Source: an uncultured Acidobacteriota bacterium (GTDB lineage: Bacteria > Acidobacteriota > Vicinamibacteria > Fen-336). Taken from it: a stretch of 64,000 bases of DNA. The translations under genes and the position numbers were made by a program. Each line of letters starts with the position of its first letter. Position 1 is the first letter of the stretch. The notes below the pieces were generated by a model that had not been told where the DNA came from, searched no databases, and saw only the letters and a list, made by a program, of their open reading frames with translations. Below are positions 9,773 to 21,385 of the stretch, in pieces. The DNA lies in assembly GCA_963823195.1 (NCBI GenBank), contig CAWGKR010000011.1, forward strand, positions 534,122 to 598,121. Reading direction: 5' to 3'.

Positions 9773-12168
9773 CTCCATCCAAAGGCGCCGTTCGCCCGTC
9801 GGGAGGTCTACCCGGTCGACCCGAGCGGGGAGGGTGATCGGTCGCTGCACGAACAACGAGCGGCCGTCCGCGCTAAAGCGCCGAGGCGCGTCGCCGTACT
9901 CGCCTCCAGGAATGCGCCGCGGGTCGCCCCCGCCGACAGGAAGGAGAACAGTTCCGAACGCAACTCCCCGGGCTGCGACCCACCGGCCGTCCGGCGCACG
10001 GCCACTGCCTGCCACTTATCCTCCGCCGATATGGCTATCGGCGGCTTATCGTTCAACTCCCACACGTACAGTCTTGTTCGGTTCCGTTCCTTGCCTGCGT
10101 TGACCACGGCCGTCTTGCCATCGGGGAACCAGTGAGCATCGAAGACGATCGAGAGCGCGGGGTGCCGAAGCTCGCGAGCTTCGCCTGGCCCGGTCGGAAG
10201 CAGGAGAAGGTGGGCAAGATCGCCCTTCGTAGGTCTGGCCAGGGCCCATCTACCGTCGGGCGAGAGTGACGTCGGCGAGCCCTCTCCCAGACGCACGGCA
10301 GGCGGGCCATCAGTGCGCTTCAAGTAGACTGCGCCGGCGCTCTCGGCGCTCACGTCCTCGAGGAGCAGCGTGCGGCCATCCGCCGAGAGGTCAGCCAGGC
10401 TGGACCAGTCGAGCGCCGACACGTCGCGCTCGCGGGTCTCGCCGGGCGGCAAGGCCATCGTGACGATTCGCTCCACGCCACGGCTCACGAGAGCGCGGCC
10501 CTGGGCATCGACGTCCAGCCCCCAGAAGGACCCAAGCACCCGCGCTACCAGCCGAACCCGTCCCGAAAGGTCGACCGCCTGCAGCGCAAGATCCTCCCCC
10601 GCACGCGAGGCCACGAACCAAAGTTCGTGCGTCCTTTCGCACCACCCGCCGCTCGTCATCTCCAGCCATCCCTGGAGAGCGCCCTGCGGCGTCGTTCCGG
10701 ATCCACGATCGAGAAGCGTAAGGTCGGGTTCCAGGGCAGATGCTCGACGAGGGCGATGCTGCCCGCAGGGGAGCGCTCCCATCGACTCGCCGGCGGCTAG
10801 AAGAGGACTTTTCCGATAGGGTACTCCAAGCGCGATCGACCGTTCACGTAGCGGACGACGGCAAGGTCGCGGCCTCCAGATCCCACTCGGCGACCACGAC
10901 CGGGCTGAGCAGTTCGCGGGGCACGCCTCCCGAAAGCGAGACCTGCGCCAGGGTACCAGGTTCCCCCGGGACAATGGCGCTACCGAGCCTGACGGCCATC
11001 TCGTCGTGTCGAGAAATCGAGAGCAGATGTCCCTGGATGCCGAGGGAACGCGCCTCATGGCTTCCGATTCGCATCGAGTAGAGTTCGTTCGGGCCGCCAT
11101 TCCAGGCCGCGCTATAGACGACCGTCTGCCCGTCCGGCGCGAAGCGCGCCGAGGAGATCGTCCCTCTCCGAAAGGTGAGCTGCGTATACGATGCGGGGAC
11201 AGAAACCATCGGCCGCAAGCGGATGGCCATCGCTCCGGCCACGATGAGGAGCGCAGCCGCGATGAGCCAGCGCCCCCGCGGGCCTCGAAGCGCTGGGATC
11301 CCTTCCTCTCGCGGCGCCGCTAGTTCCTCCTCGATCTCGATGCGCACATCAGCAATGTCGTGAACACGCTTGGTCTGGTCCTTGTTCAAGCACCGATGCA
11401 GGAGGGTACGAACGAGTGACGGCGTCGGGCGGGCAGCGCCGTCCAGTCTGGTTCCCCCGTCAGCACCGAGACGATGGTGTCGGACGTCGTCGACCCTCCA
11501 AATGCGCGCCGACCCGTCAGCATCGCGTAGAGCACACAACCGAAGGCCCACACGTCCGTCCGTTTGTCGACGGCTTCTCCCCGCGCCTGCTCCGGACTCA
11601 TGTAAGGCACAGTTCCGAGGATCACGCCTTCGCGTGTCGGAGAGCCGGTCTCGGTGTCCACGTGTGAGCCCGTGTCGGGGGCCGCGTTGTCGAGAGCCTT
11701 CGCCAGGCCGAAGTCGAGCAGCTTGACCTTCCCGCTCGGCGTCACCTTGATGTTCAAGGGCTTCAGGTCGCGATGAACGATTCCCTTCTCGTGGGCCGCC
11801 TCGAGCGCCTCCGCGATCTGTCGCGCGATCTCCAATGCTTCACGGAGAGGCAGAGCGCCACGGTCGATCCGGTGTGCGAGTGTCCGTCCCTCGACCAGCT
11901 CGAGGACCAGGAAGTGGACCCCGTCCACTTGCTCGAAACCGTAGATCGCCGCGATGCCGGGGTGGTTGAGGGCTGCCAGCACCCGCGCCTCGCGCTCGAA
12001 GCGGGCCACACGCTCGGGGCTCGCCGCGAAAGAGTCCGGTAGGACCTTGATCGCAACGCCGCGCCCGAGCCTGGTGTCCCGTGCGCGGTACACCTCGCCC
12101 ATGCCTCCGGCGCCCAGAGGCTCGATCACTTCGAAAGGGCCCAGGCGTCGGCCGGCCTCAAGCGTCAT
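9648..12168 (-). pseudogene. Ser/Thr protein kinase with a TM segment and a TolB-like beta-propeller (paralog C). It has at least 4 frameshifts and its stop codon is out of frame.
   Basis: It starts at M33 of ORF 11386..12264 ([31 protein letters not shown]; HRDLKPLN; DFGLAK; APYMSPEQ). It continues colinearly through ORFs 10844..11551, 9808..11100, 9746..10015 and 9050..9730. The family C-terminal motif NLYLAEGL is followed by CAT GAC, where paralog B has CAG TGA. Confidence 0.8.
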
Positions 12169-12175
12169 CTTCGTC

Positions 12176-14712
12176 TCACTGCAGGCCCTCAGCGAGGTAG
12201 AGGTTCTGGAGCAAGGAGCGGTACGAGTACGCGTACGCCCGTCGATCCGGTGTGGGAATGACAAACTGTATGTTGGTCACCCCGGTTGGATCGACAGGCA
12301 TGACCTCCTTCCAAAGGCGCCTCTCGCCCGTCTGGAGGTCTATTCGGTCGACGACCCGAGCCGGGAGGGTTGCCGCTCGCTCACGAAGAGCCCGCGGCCG
12401 TCCGCGCTAAAGCGCCGAGGCGCGTCGCCTTCCTCACGCCCAGGCACGCGGCGCGGGTCGCCCCCCCCAAGGGGAAGGAGAACGAGGCCGGATGTAGTCC
12501 CCTGCGCCGCCACCCACCGGCCGTCCGGCGACACGGTCGCTGCGCTCCACGCCTCCTCCACGGATATGGGCACTGGCGGCCTGTCATCCAACCCCCACAC
12601 GTAGAGCCTCGATCGGCTCCTTTCCTTGCCTGCGGTGACCACGGCCGTCTTGCCATCAGGGGACCAGGTTGCATCGAAGACGGTCGAGAGCGCGGGGTGC
12701 CGAAGCTCGCGAGCTTCGCCTGGACCGGTCGGAAGCAGGAGAAGGCGGGCGAGGTCGCCTTTCGTGGGCACGGCCATGGCCCATTGCCCATCCGGAGAGA
12801 GTGACGTCGGCGCACCCTCTCCCAGGCGCACGGCAGGCGAGTGATCCGTCCGCTTCAAGTAGACCGCGCTGCCGCTCTCGGCGTTCTCCTCCTCGAGGAG
12901 CAACGTGCGGCCATCCGCAGAGAGGTCGACGACGGTGGACCAGTCCAGCGCCGACACGTCGCGCTCGCGGCTCTCGCCCGGCGGCAAGGCCATGGCAACA
13001 ATTCGCTCGACACCCCGGCACACGAGGACGCGGCCCTGGGGATCGACGTCCAACGCCCAGAAGAGCCCGGGCACCCGGGCCACCAGCCGAACCCGTCCCG
13101 AGAGATCGACCGCCTGCAGCGCAAGGTCCCCCCCGGGGCGCGAGGCCGCGAACCAGAGCTCGTGCGTCCTCTCGCACCACCCGCCGCTCGCCATGTCCTG
13201 CCAACCTGCTGAGAGCGCCTTGCGGTGTCCTTGTAGGTCCACGACCGTGACGGCCCAAGGTCGCGTCTCGGCGGGCAGGAGTTCGAAAAGGGCAATGCTG
13301 CCCGAGGGGAGGAAGCGCATCGCGTAGACCAAGCCTGGGGGCTCGTAGAGGACCTTCCCGATCGGGTACTCCAAGCGTGCGCGACCGTTGACATGGCGGA
13401 CGACGGCGAGGTCGCGGCCTTCGAGATCCCACTCCGCGACCACGACGTCTCTCAGCAGTTCGCGCGCCGCGCCCCCTGAAAGCGAGACCTGCGCCAGAGC
13501 ACCAAGGCCCCACGGGACAATCCTGCCCCCGAGCTTGACGGCCATTTCGCCGGATCGAGAGATCGAGAGGAGATGCCCCTCGATGCCAAGGGAGCGCGAC
13601 TCGCGGCCTCCGATCCGCATCGAGTAGAGCTGGCTCGGGCCCCCACCCCATGCCGCGGCGTAGACGACCGTCTGTCCATCCGGCGCGAACCGTGTCGAGG
13701 TGATGGAGCCGCGTTGGAACGTGAGCTGCGTGTAGGATGCCGGGACTGGAACCTTCGAAGGGAGGCGGAGGGCGATTGCTCCGACTGAGGCGAGCAGGAG
13801 GGCTGTGATCAGCCAGCGCCACGGTGCCGTTCGCGGCGAAGTCTGACCCTCTCGCGGCGCGACCAGCGCCTCCTCGATCTCGATTCGAGCGTCGCCGGCA
13901 TCGTGGAGGCGGTGCGCCAGGTCCCGGGTGAGACAGCGGCGCAGCAGCGTTCGAATCGCACTGCCCGTGCTCTTGGGTAGTGCTGTCCAGTCCGGCTCAC
14001 CCGTCAGCACCGAGACGATGGTGTCGGACGTCGTCGGACCCCCGAATGCGCGACGCCCGGTCAGCATCTCGAAAAGGACGCAGCCGAGAGCCCACACGTC
14101 TGTCCGCCTGTCGACAGCTTCCCCCCGTGCCTGCTCCGGGCTCATGTAGGGCGCCGTGCCCAGGATCATGCCTTCGCGAGTCGGAGAGCCTGTCTCGGTG
14201 TCCGCATGAGAGCCCGTGTCAGGCGTGGTAGCGTCGAGAGCCTTCGCAAGGCCGAAGTCGAGAAGCTTGACCTTGCCGCTCGGGGTCAGCTTGATGTTCA
14301 ACGGCTTCAGATCGCGATGGACGATGCCCTTTCCGTGTGCCGCCTCGAGCGCTTCCGCGATCTGGCGTGCGATCTCGAGCGCCTCACGTGGGGGAAGCGC
14401 ACCACGGTCGATCCTGTGCGCGAGTGTCCGTCCGTCGACCAGCTCGAGGACGAGGAAGTGGACATCGTCCGACTGCTCGAAGCCGTAGATCGCCGCGATG
14501 CCGGGGTGGTTGAGGGCTGCTAGCAGTCGCGCCTCACGCTCGAAGCGGGCCACCCGCTCAGCGCTCGCCGCAAGGGACTCCGGCAAGACCTTGATCGCAA
14601 CGTCGCGCCCGAGTTTGCTGTCGCGCGCGCGGTACACCTCACCCATGCCCCCGGCCCCCAGAGGCTCGATGACTTCGAAGAGGCCCAGGCGACGGCCGGC
14701 TTCGAGGGTCAT
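12176..14712 (-). CDS. Ser/Thr protein kinase with a TM segment and a TolB-like beta-propeller (paralog B). One frameshift near 12350.
   Basis: The 790-aa ORF 12340..14712 carries the full kinase motifs. After ..DGRGLFV the homologous tail ([17 protein letters not shown]...[19 protein letters not shown]) continues in another frame to the TGA at 12176-12178. Confidence 0.88.
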
Positions 14713-14728
14713 TGGCGAATGGGGCGAT

Positions 14729-17323
14729 TCATCGGAGACCCTCAGCCAGGTAGAGACTGTGCAAGGCAGCGAAATACTCGTACGCGTAGCCCCTCCCGTC
14801 CGGCGTGGGAATCACGGATTCGATCCTCATGACGCCGGTCAGATCCGCGGGCGCGATCTCCCTCCATAGATGGCGTTCGCCTGTCCGGACGTCGATGCGG
14901 TCGACTCGCGGGGGCTGGACTTCGGTCCGCTCCACGAACAACCAGCGGCCGTCTGGACTCCACCGTCGGGGACCATCGCCCTCCTCTCGCCCCGGCAGTG
15001 GCCTCTCTTGCCCACCTTCGACCCCAACGAGCATGATGCCCCCGGAGGTCAGGCTCTTCGCGGCCACCCAGCGCCCGTCGGGCGAGACAAGAACGAAGGG
15101 GCCCCAATCCGCCTCCGATGAGATCGGGCGTGGCGCTCCCGATTCGAAGTCCCACGCGTAGAGCCGCGCCCGCCGCAGCTCCGGCCCCGCCGTCACGACA
15201 AGGCGCTTTCCGTCCGGACAGAACGCGCCGTTGAAGAGCGTCGGGAGATCCGGGTGGCGCAGCTCCCGAGCCTCGCCGGCCCCGGTGGGCAACAGGAGAA
15301 GATGGTCGAGCCGACCTGAGGCGGGCGTCGCTAACACCCAGCGGCCGTCCCGGGAAAGGGCAGCAGGCTCGCCTTCTCCCAGACGCACGCTGGGCGAGCC
15401 ATCGGCCCGTTTCAGATACACTGCACCTCGGCCCGATTCGTCGCTCAGTTCCTGGAGAAGCAGCGTGCGACCATCGTCGGACAGGTCCGCCAGGTCGGAG
15501 AACTCTAGCGACGATACGTCGCGCTCGCGGGACTCGCCTGGCACCAGTGCCATCGTGGTCCTCCGTGCGGAGCCCCGATTGACGAGGACGCGGCCCTCGT
15601 CGTCGACATCTTCAAGATAGAAGTCCCCGAGCGCGCGTTCCACGAGTCGAACCTGGCCAGAGAGATCGACCGCGTGCAGAGCGAAGTCCTCCTTCCCTCG
15701 GGCGCCCGAGAACCAGATCTCCCGCGTCTTCTCGCACCATCCCCCGATGGACCACCATTGCTGCCAGCCATCGGAGAGCACTTTCCTGTGTCCTTGCTGG
15801 TCAACCATCGAGACAACGTAGGGCCGCGCCTCGGTGGGCATGCCTTCGAAGAGCGCAAGGCTGCCTGTCGGAAGAAACCGCATCGAACCGATGTGCCCCG
15901 CTGGTTCGTAGAGCAGCCTCCCGACGGGGTATTCGAGTCGCACGCGACCGTTTGTCCGACGCACAACCGCCAGATCACGGCCTTCCGGGTCCCACTCGGC
16001 GAGCGACACGTCTCGGAGCAACTCCCGCGGAGCGCCTCCGGAGAGCGACACACGCGCGAGCGTACCCCAGGCTAGCCCGCGCCCGTAGTTGCCAGGACCC
16101 GGTCCGAATGTGTTCCCGAGCTTGAGGGCCATCTCACCGTTGCGCGAGATCGAGAGCAGGCTCCCGTCGATGCCCAGCGGCCGCGACTCGTGGCTGCCGA
16201 TCCTCGTCGAGAACAATTGACGCCGGCCGCCCTCCCAGGCGGCGGTGTAGACGACCGTTTGGCCGTCTGGCGCGAACCGCGCCGAGGGAATCCATCCGCG
16301 CCGGAACGTGAGCTGCGTGAACGAGGGAGGCACCGCGGTCTTCGGCAGCCAGTGAATGGCGACCATCGCACCGGCGACGAGTGCAGCTGCTGCGATGATC
16401 CACGGCCCGAGGGAGCCGCGACGCCCCGGGGTTACCTCTTGCGCGGGAGCCGTTACTGTCTGTTCTCGGGGCGCCGCCAAGACTTCCTCGATCTCGATTC
16501 GAGCGTCGCCGATGTCGTGGAGGCGGTGCGCCCGGTCGCGGGTCAGGCAGCGGCGCAGGAGCGTCCGAATGGTGACGCCCGTTCCGCCCGGGAGCGCCGT
16601 CCACTCCGGCTCTCCGGCCAGCACGGAGACGATGGTGTCCGACGTCGTCGCGCCTCCGAAGGCGCGACGCCCCGTCAGCATCTCGAAGAGCACGCAACCG
16701 AAGGCCCACACGTCCGTCCGCTTGTCGACGGCCTCCCCGCGTGCCTGCTCCGGGCTCATGTAGGGTGCCGTGCCGAGAATCACGCCCTCGCGCGTCGGAG
16801 AGCCAGTCTCGGTGGCTACCTGAGAGTTGGTGTGAGTCGCGCTGTCTAGGGCCTTCGCGAGCCCGAAGTCGAGCAGCTTGACCTTGCCGGCCGGCGTCAG
16901 CTTGACGTTCAAGGGCTTCAGGTCGCGGTGGACGATCCCTTTCTCGTGGGCCGCCTCGAGCGCCTCGGCTATCTGCCGCGCGATCTCCAACGCTTCACGT
17001 GGAGGCAGACCACCACGGTCGATCCGGTGGGCGAGTGTCCGCCCCTCGACCAGCTCGAGGACCAGATAGTGGACGCCATCCACTTGCTCGAAGCCGTAGA
17101 TCGCCGCGATACCGGGGTGGTTGAGTGCCGCCAACACCCGCGCCTCGCGCTCGAAACGCGCCACGCGCTCGGCGCTCGCCGCAAACGATTCCGGTAGGAC
17201 CTTGATCGCCACGTCGCGCCCAAGCTTCGTGTCCCGCGCGCGATACACCTCGCCCATGCCTCCGGCGCCCAGAGGCTCGATCACTTCGAAGAGGCCCAGG
17301 CGACGGCCGGCTTCGAGGGTCAT
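14729..17323 (-). CDS. Ser/Thr protein kinase with a TM segment and a TolB-like beta-propeller (paralog A, intact)
   Basis: Intact 864-aa ORF. Motifs: [37 protein letters not shown] helix [21 protein letters not shown]. Repeated (F/W)SPDG..(L/V)(V/A) propeller blades. It ends [11 protein letters not shown]. Confidence 0.92.
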   Translation of the reverse strand: MTLEAGRRLGLFEVIEPLGAGGMGEVYRARDTKLGRDVAIKVLPESFAASAERVARFEREARVLAALNHPGIAAIYGFEQVDGVHYLVLELVEGRTLAHRIDRGGLPPREALEIARQIAEALEAAHEKGIVHRDLKPLNVKLTPAGKVKLLDFGLAKALDSATHTNSQVATETGSPTREGVILGTAPYMSPEQARGEAVDKRTDVWAFGCVLFEMLTGRRAFGGATTSDTIVSVLAGEPEWTALPGGTGVTIRTLLRRCLTRDRAHRLHDIGDARIEIEEVLAAPREQTVTAPAQEVTPGRRGSLGPWIIAAAALVAGAMVAIHWLPKTAVPPSFTQLTFRRGWIPSARFAPDGQTVVYTAAWEGGRRQLFSTRIGSHESRPLGIDGSLLSISRNGEMALKLGNTFGPGPGNYGRGLAWGTLARVSLSGGAPRELLRDVSLAEWDPEGRDLAVVRRTNGRVRLEYPVGRLLYEPAGHIGSMRFLPTGSLALFEGMPTEARPYVVSMVDQQGHRKVLSDGWQQWWSIGGWCEKTREIWFSGARGKEDFALHAVDLSGQVRLVERALGDFYLEDVDDEGRVLVNRGSARRTTMALVPGESRERDVSSLEFSDLADLSDDGRTLLLQELSDESGRGAVYLKRADGSPSVRLGEGEPAALSRDGRWVLATPASGRLDHLLLLPTGAGEARELRHPDLPTLFNGAFCPDGKRLVVTAGPELRRARLYAWDFESGAPRPISSEADWGPFVLVSPDGRWVAAKSLTSGGIMLVGVEGGQERPLPGREEGDGPRRWSPDGRWLFVERTEVQPPRVDRIDVRTGERHLWREIAPADLTGVMRIESVIPTPDGRGYAYEYFAALHSLYLAEGLR

Positions 17324-17416
17324 GGGTGAACGGTGGAATTGTCACACGGGCGGGAGTCTGCCGCCACGACCTCTTGAACGGCCTGATGAAGGCGGCGATA
17401 CTCCGCCACAACCAGC

Positions 17417-18160
17417 ATGGCGACCCTTGACAGCATGGCGGCCAGAGGGCGCTCCGAGCACCGGTTCTTTGGGGGGATGGTCGTTCTCATCGCCGCTACC
17501 GCGCTCGTGGGCTTCGCGCGGTCCTACTACCTGCGCCCGCTGATCCCTCCGCCACCGCTCCTCGCCGTGCATCCCTTGACGCCCCTCATCCACGTGCATG
17601 GAGCGCTCTTCACGGGCTGGATTGCGCTGCTCTTCGCGCAGACTCGGCTCGTCGCCACCGGCCGCATCGATCTCCATCGCCGACTCGGCATCCTGGGGGC
17701 CGCGGTCGCGGCCTTGATGATCGTCGTCGGCACGCTGACGGCACTGCACGCAGTCGTCCGCGGCGTCGCCCCCGGGGGCGTCGATCCGCGACGTTTCCTG
17801 ATCGTGCCCCTGGTCGCTTTGCTGATCTTCGGGATCTTGTTTGCCGCCGCCATCCGGGCGCGGCGAGCACCCCAGACCCACAAGCGCCTGGTCCTGTTGG
17901 CGACGATGGCGTTGCTGCCGCCGGCCCTGGCTCGCTGGGTGGTCACCTATCTCGGTTTCGGACCGCCCGTGGTGCTGGCACTCTCGGTGCTCTTCGTCGT
18001 CCCCCTGGTCGTATGGGACCTCCGGACCCTCGGGCGCCTCCACGCCGCGACCCTATGGGGAGGCCTGCTCGTCGTCGGCTCGATTCCGTTGCGCCTGGCG
18101 ATCGGCCTGACAGACGGCTGGCTGGGCGTGGCCGACTGGCTCGTCGGGTTCGTGCGGTAG
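17417..18160 (+). CDS. Integral membrane protein of unknown function (about 6 hydrophobic helices)
   Basis: 247-aa ORF with multiple hydrophobic stretches: FFGGMVVLIAATALVGF, LFTGWIALLFAQ, LGILGAAVAALMIVVG, LIVPLVALLIFGILFAAAI, VLALSVLFVVPLVVW. It is divergent from kinase A. Confidence 0.5.
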   Translation: MATLDSMAARGRSEHRFFGGMVVLIAATALVGFARSYYLRPLIPPPPLLAVHPLTPLIHVHGALFTGWIALLFAQTRLVATGRIDLHRRLGILGAAVAALMIVVGTLTALHAVVRGVAPGGVDPRRFLIVPLVALLIFGILFAAAIRARRAPQTHKRLVLLATMALLPPALARWVVTYLGFGPPVVLALSVLFVVPLVVWDLRTLGRLHAATLWGGLLVVGSIPLRLAIGLTDGWLGVADWLVGFVR

Positions 18161-18167
18161 AAGCGGT

Positions 18168-19604
18168 CTACGCGCTGGGAGGTCGGTCGGGCGGGGGCGG
18201 CTCTCGGGTGGCGAGGGGGCGGGACGAGACGAACGAAGAGCGCACCGCGACGCTGGTGGGTCTCCGCTGCGGCCGGTGAGACTCCGCGACCTCGTCGAAC
18301 GCCCGGTAGAAGCCGATGCGCTCCAGCTCGCCGGCCACCGGCTCCGTCAACTCCCGCACGTCGAGGTCCCGCGAGCAGTCCGAAGAATGCCCGGCATCGA
18401 GGATCAGCTCCCAGGCCCAGGCGGCCACCGCCGCGAGGGCGTCGTGGGGAACGCCGGTGGCGCTGCGGTCGCACCACACGGACCCGTCGGGTCGGATGTG
18501 GAAGCAGTGAAGGATTCGCCGGACCTGGAACGTGACCGCGAGGCTGCGTCGAAGGAGCCCCAGGGCCGCGGGACCGCCGATCTGGGTCTCGAGCTGGTCG
18601 CAGATCGAGTTCATCGCACGGCAGAGGGCCGAGGCGTCCACGGAACGCTCCTGGCTCCCCCACAGGACCCGCCGCGGCGCCGATTCGGCGACGAGATCCT
18701 CCACCAGGCCGACGGCCTGGTGATGCTGCAGGTCGATCTGGCGGCGCACGAGGGTGCGATCCTCGATTCGGTCGAGGGGATGCTCCCAGGCGGTCTCGAT
18801 GCGGGCGATCGGTTGGTCGCCGCGCTTCACGTCCGTAACCACGGCGAACGCCGGCAGGCTCTTCACGTCCGTCCGGATGTGGACCCTCTTCCCTCGCACG
18901 TCGATCGTCGACGAGCGCCCCTCCGGCAGGGCCTGTCCGGCACCCCCGCGGGATGCGACCACTCGGAGGGGCGCGGCTTCAGCGGCAGCCTGGGCCTCCT
19001 CGAGGAGCATGTCGAAGAAGTCATCGCTGGAGGCCTCGGGCAGCCGATCGCCGGCCTCCGATGCGCCTTGAGCCGCTATCGCATCCTCCGCGGGTGCGGC
19101 GCTCGGCACCACGTCCCAGACGACAGCCCCTTCCGGCACCGGAGTCTCGGCTTGCCGGCTCTCGGCCTCCGGGAGCGGCGTCACGCCCATGGCCGACGGA
19201 CCTGCCACCGTTTCGCTGCCCGCAGCCAGGTGAAGGTCGGTCCGGATCCGTGCCACGAGCTGCGAGATCGGAAACGGCTTCACGAAGAAGGCCTTGGCTC
19301 CCGCGTCGAGGGCCGCCTGCTGGACGGCGTCCGTTCGCACCGCGGAAACGAAGACGAAGGGCACGTCCTTCAGGGCGTCAGAGCTCCTCACGGCCTGGAA
19401 GAAGAGCCGGCCATCCATGTCCGGCATCATGATGTCGCTGACGATCAGGTCCGGAGCGATGTCTTGGAGCCTCGCCAAGGCCTCGCGCCCGTCGGAGAAC
19501 CCGAAGAACTCGAACTCGGGAGCGCGCAGCCGGTACTCGATGAGCTGGCGAACCTTCGCGTCGTCGTCGACGACAACGATGCGTTTGGGTGCGGGCATAC
19601 TCAT
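18168..19604 (-). CDS. Response-regulator receiver domain fused to a ~340-aa C-terminal domain I do not recognise
   Basis: M107 of ORF 18168..19922 (MSMPAPKRIVVVDDDAKVRQLIEY...DLIVSDIMMPDMDG...VFVSA...KAFFVKPF) is a canonical REC domain. GGAGGG lies upstream of the ATG. The upstream part of the ORF overlaps gene 19697..19969 in another frame. Confidence 0.75.
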   Translation of the reverse strand: MSMPAPKRIVVVDDDAKVRQLIEYRLRAPEFEFFGFSDGREALARLQDIAPDLIVSDIMMPDMDGRLFFQAVRSSDALKDVPFVFVSAVRTDAVQQAALDAGAKAFFVKPFPISQLVARIRTDLHLAAGSETVAGPSAMGVTPLPEAESRQAETPVPEGAVVWDVVPSAAPAEDAIAAQGASEAGDRLPEASSDDFFDMLLEEAQAAAEAAPLRVVASRGGAGQALPEGRSSTIDVRGKRVHIRTDVKSLPAFAVVTDVKRGDQPIARIETAWEHPLDRIEDRTLVRRQIDLQHHQAVGLVEDLVAESAPRRVLWGSQERSVDASALCRAMNSICDQLETQIGGPAALGLLRRSLAVTFQVRRILHCFHIRPDGSVWCDRSATGVPHDALAAVAAWAWELILDAGHSSDCSRDLDVRELTEPVAGELERIGFYRAFDEVAESHRPQRRPTSVAVRSSFVSSRPLATREPPPPDRPPSA

Positions 19605-19696
19605 CCCTCCGTCGGCGCGGGAGGGGGGGGCGCACCAGGGATCATCGTGGCAGGCCCAGCCACGAGTGTCAAGACCAGTTTTTGGGGATCGCCCGG

Positions 19697-19969
19697 CTAT
19701 TCGCCGCGCCAGTTGGCGTCGAGGGGCTTGCCCCGGTCGACGAGCGCCTGGTACAGGTTGAAACGAACGCTGTCGGCGCTGTTGGCGAGAACTTCGCTTT
19801 CCTGCAGCCCCAGATCTTCCCGGCACTCCAGGGAGAACTTCCAGCCCGCCTCGCCGGGGTAGAACCGCACCCGGTAGGACCCGTAGGTCGAGGCGAAGAC
19901 CTCCCCCAGGATCTCGATCCACTCCATCTTGTCGGAGGGTGGCTCACCGTCCCACCTCACCATGACCAT
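19697..19969 (-). CDS. Small hypothetical protein (90 aa)
   Basis: ORF-track protein MVMVRWDGEPPSDKMEWIEILGEVFASTYGSYRVRFYPGEAGWKFSLECRE... has a balanced, non-shadow composition. I recognise no family. Confidence 0.35.
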   Translation of the reverse strand: MVMVRWDGEPPSDKMEWIEILGEVFASTYGSYRVRFYPGEAGWKFSLECREDLGLQESEVLANSADSVRFNLYQALVDRGKPLDANWRGE

Positions 19970-20386
19970 GCCCTAGGGTAACCGAAGTCGGGTCGGTCCG
20001 ATCCAGCGGCGCGCCCCGCCGTGTTGAGGAACAGATACGGGACGTTGTCGTTTTGCCTCTTCCCGGCTTCCGGAGGCATCGGACGACCAGCGGCCAACTA
20101 TCGGGATCGAAAATGGGTTACCGATCGGCGCCCCGCTGGCATCGGTCCTGCTGTATCGAGAAGCAAGATGGCAACAGCCTTCAGAGACGTGGTCGGGCAA
20201 AGCGAGCCAGCGCGCTGGGACCGCTTCATCCTCACCGCCGCTCTCGCCCTCGTGGCGGGACTCCTCTTGTCCGAGTGGATGAACGGCTCGGCGATCCGGA
20301 CGCTGACCGACGACAACCCGCGCTTCGAGCGGACCGCCTCGCCCGACAGCCCGAGGTAGTCCGCCCCCGGCTCGTCGCCGATCGCC

Positions 20387-21356
20387 CTACTCCTCAGCGA
20401 GCGTCTGCGGGAATTCCGACCGCGAACCACGGTAGTAGGGATTCGACCTGTCCTCGGCGAGCACTCTGCCCATGGCTTCGGCCCATCGCGGTCGGTCTCC
20501 GGCGTACGCGTCGAGACCCGCCTGGTAGAACTCCATCAGGCGGCGCGCCTCGGTAGAGATTGCGGCGGTGAGCGGCTCCCCGGCGTTCGCGACCGGAGGT
20601 GCCGTCGTGCCCGCGGCCAGGACGCGCGGCAACACGCGGGAGAATTCACCGTCCCGGACCCAGGCGGCATACTCGATCCGAGGGCGGTCGTCGGTCGTCG
20701 CGGGTGCGTCCTGCGCATAGCGTTCCAGGCCGGCGCGATCCGTGACGTAGGTCGCGAGCAGCGCCGCCGGCGACGCGATACCCACCTCCCGGAGCGCTTG
20801 GGACACACCGGGGCGGCCGAAACGGGCGGCGATACGGGTCGCGTCGAGCTCGATCGGCTCGACCGATCCGACCAGTAGCGTCTCGTGAAGCTCGGTCGTC
20901 CACAGGGTTCCATGCGGGAAGACATCCAGGAAGCTCCGAACGAGCGATCGCGTGTCCTCGTCATTCTGGGTCGGCAGCGGCAGCCATTGGGCCAGGAGGC
21001 CGTTCGCGTTCAGACGCCGTCGGGCGAGGGCGTAGAAGTCGCCCGAGTAGAGGTTCACGACACCGGCAGCGGAGGGGGGCGGCGGCTCGAGGGCAATGAG
21101 GTCGTAACGATTGGCGGAGCGCAGAAGCTCGCGGCGCCTCAGGAACGCCCCCAGCCCCTTGGTCCCGACGAAATAAATGGGGCCGGCGATCTTCGCCGGC
21201 TCAGTCGGGTCCTCCCACTTGAGCCCCTTCCTCGCGACCTCGAGGAACTGCTTGTTGTTGGTGGAGGTCGGCCGCCGTCACACCCTTCGGCAATTCCTGC
21301 CCCACGACGGGCGCAGCCAAGAGGCCGGCGAGCGCGATGCTGCTCCGGATCCTCAT
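20387..21356 (-). CDS. Chimeric ORF: signal peptide plus ~65 aa of a subclass-B3 metallo-beta-lactamase-like N-terminus, fused in frame to the C-terminal two-thirds of a spermidine-synthase-like protein. One frameshift near 21260.
   Basis: M12 of ORF 21201..21389 gives MRIRSSIALAGLLAAPVVGQ. After a frame change it reads TNNKQFLEVARKGLKWEDPTEPAKIAGPIYFVGTKGLGAFL (B3 MBL N-terminal pattern). The same frame continues as RRRELLRSANRYDLIALEPPPPSAAGVVNLYSGDFYALARRRL.. (ORF 20387..21058, spermidine-synthase-like). There is no SAM-binding N-terminal region and no MBL HxHxDH motif. Confidence 0.55.
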
Positions 21357-21385
21357 TTGCGATCCCCTCCAAGTGTCCGTAATCA

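Noticed and set aside
19617-19632. A homopolymeric G/C run (about 8 nt) roughly 20 nt upstream of the response-regulator start, considered as a possible phase-variation tract
   Set aside because: The run is short and lies in the untranslated leader next to a normal GGAGGG ribosome-binding site. I have no evidence of length variation. My own base counting around this run disagreed with the ORF track by one nucleotide, so I do not trust a fine-scale claim here.
20021-20359. A 112-aa ORF, which would encode a possible 63-aa membrane peptide if started at the ATG at 20168
   Set aside because: It has one hydrophobic stretch (FILTAALALVAGLLL) but no RBS and no family match. It overlaps equally long ORFs in other frames. 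The support is insufficient.
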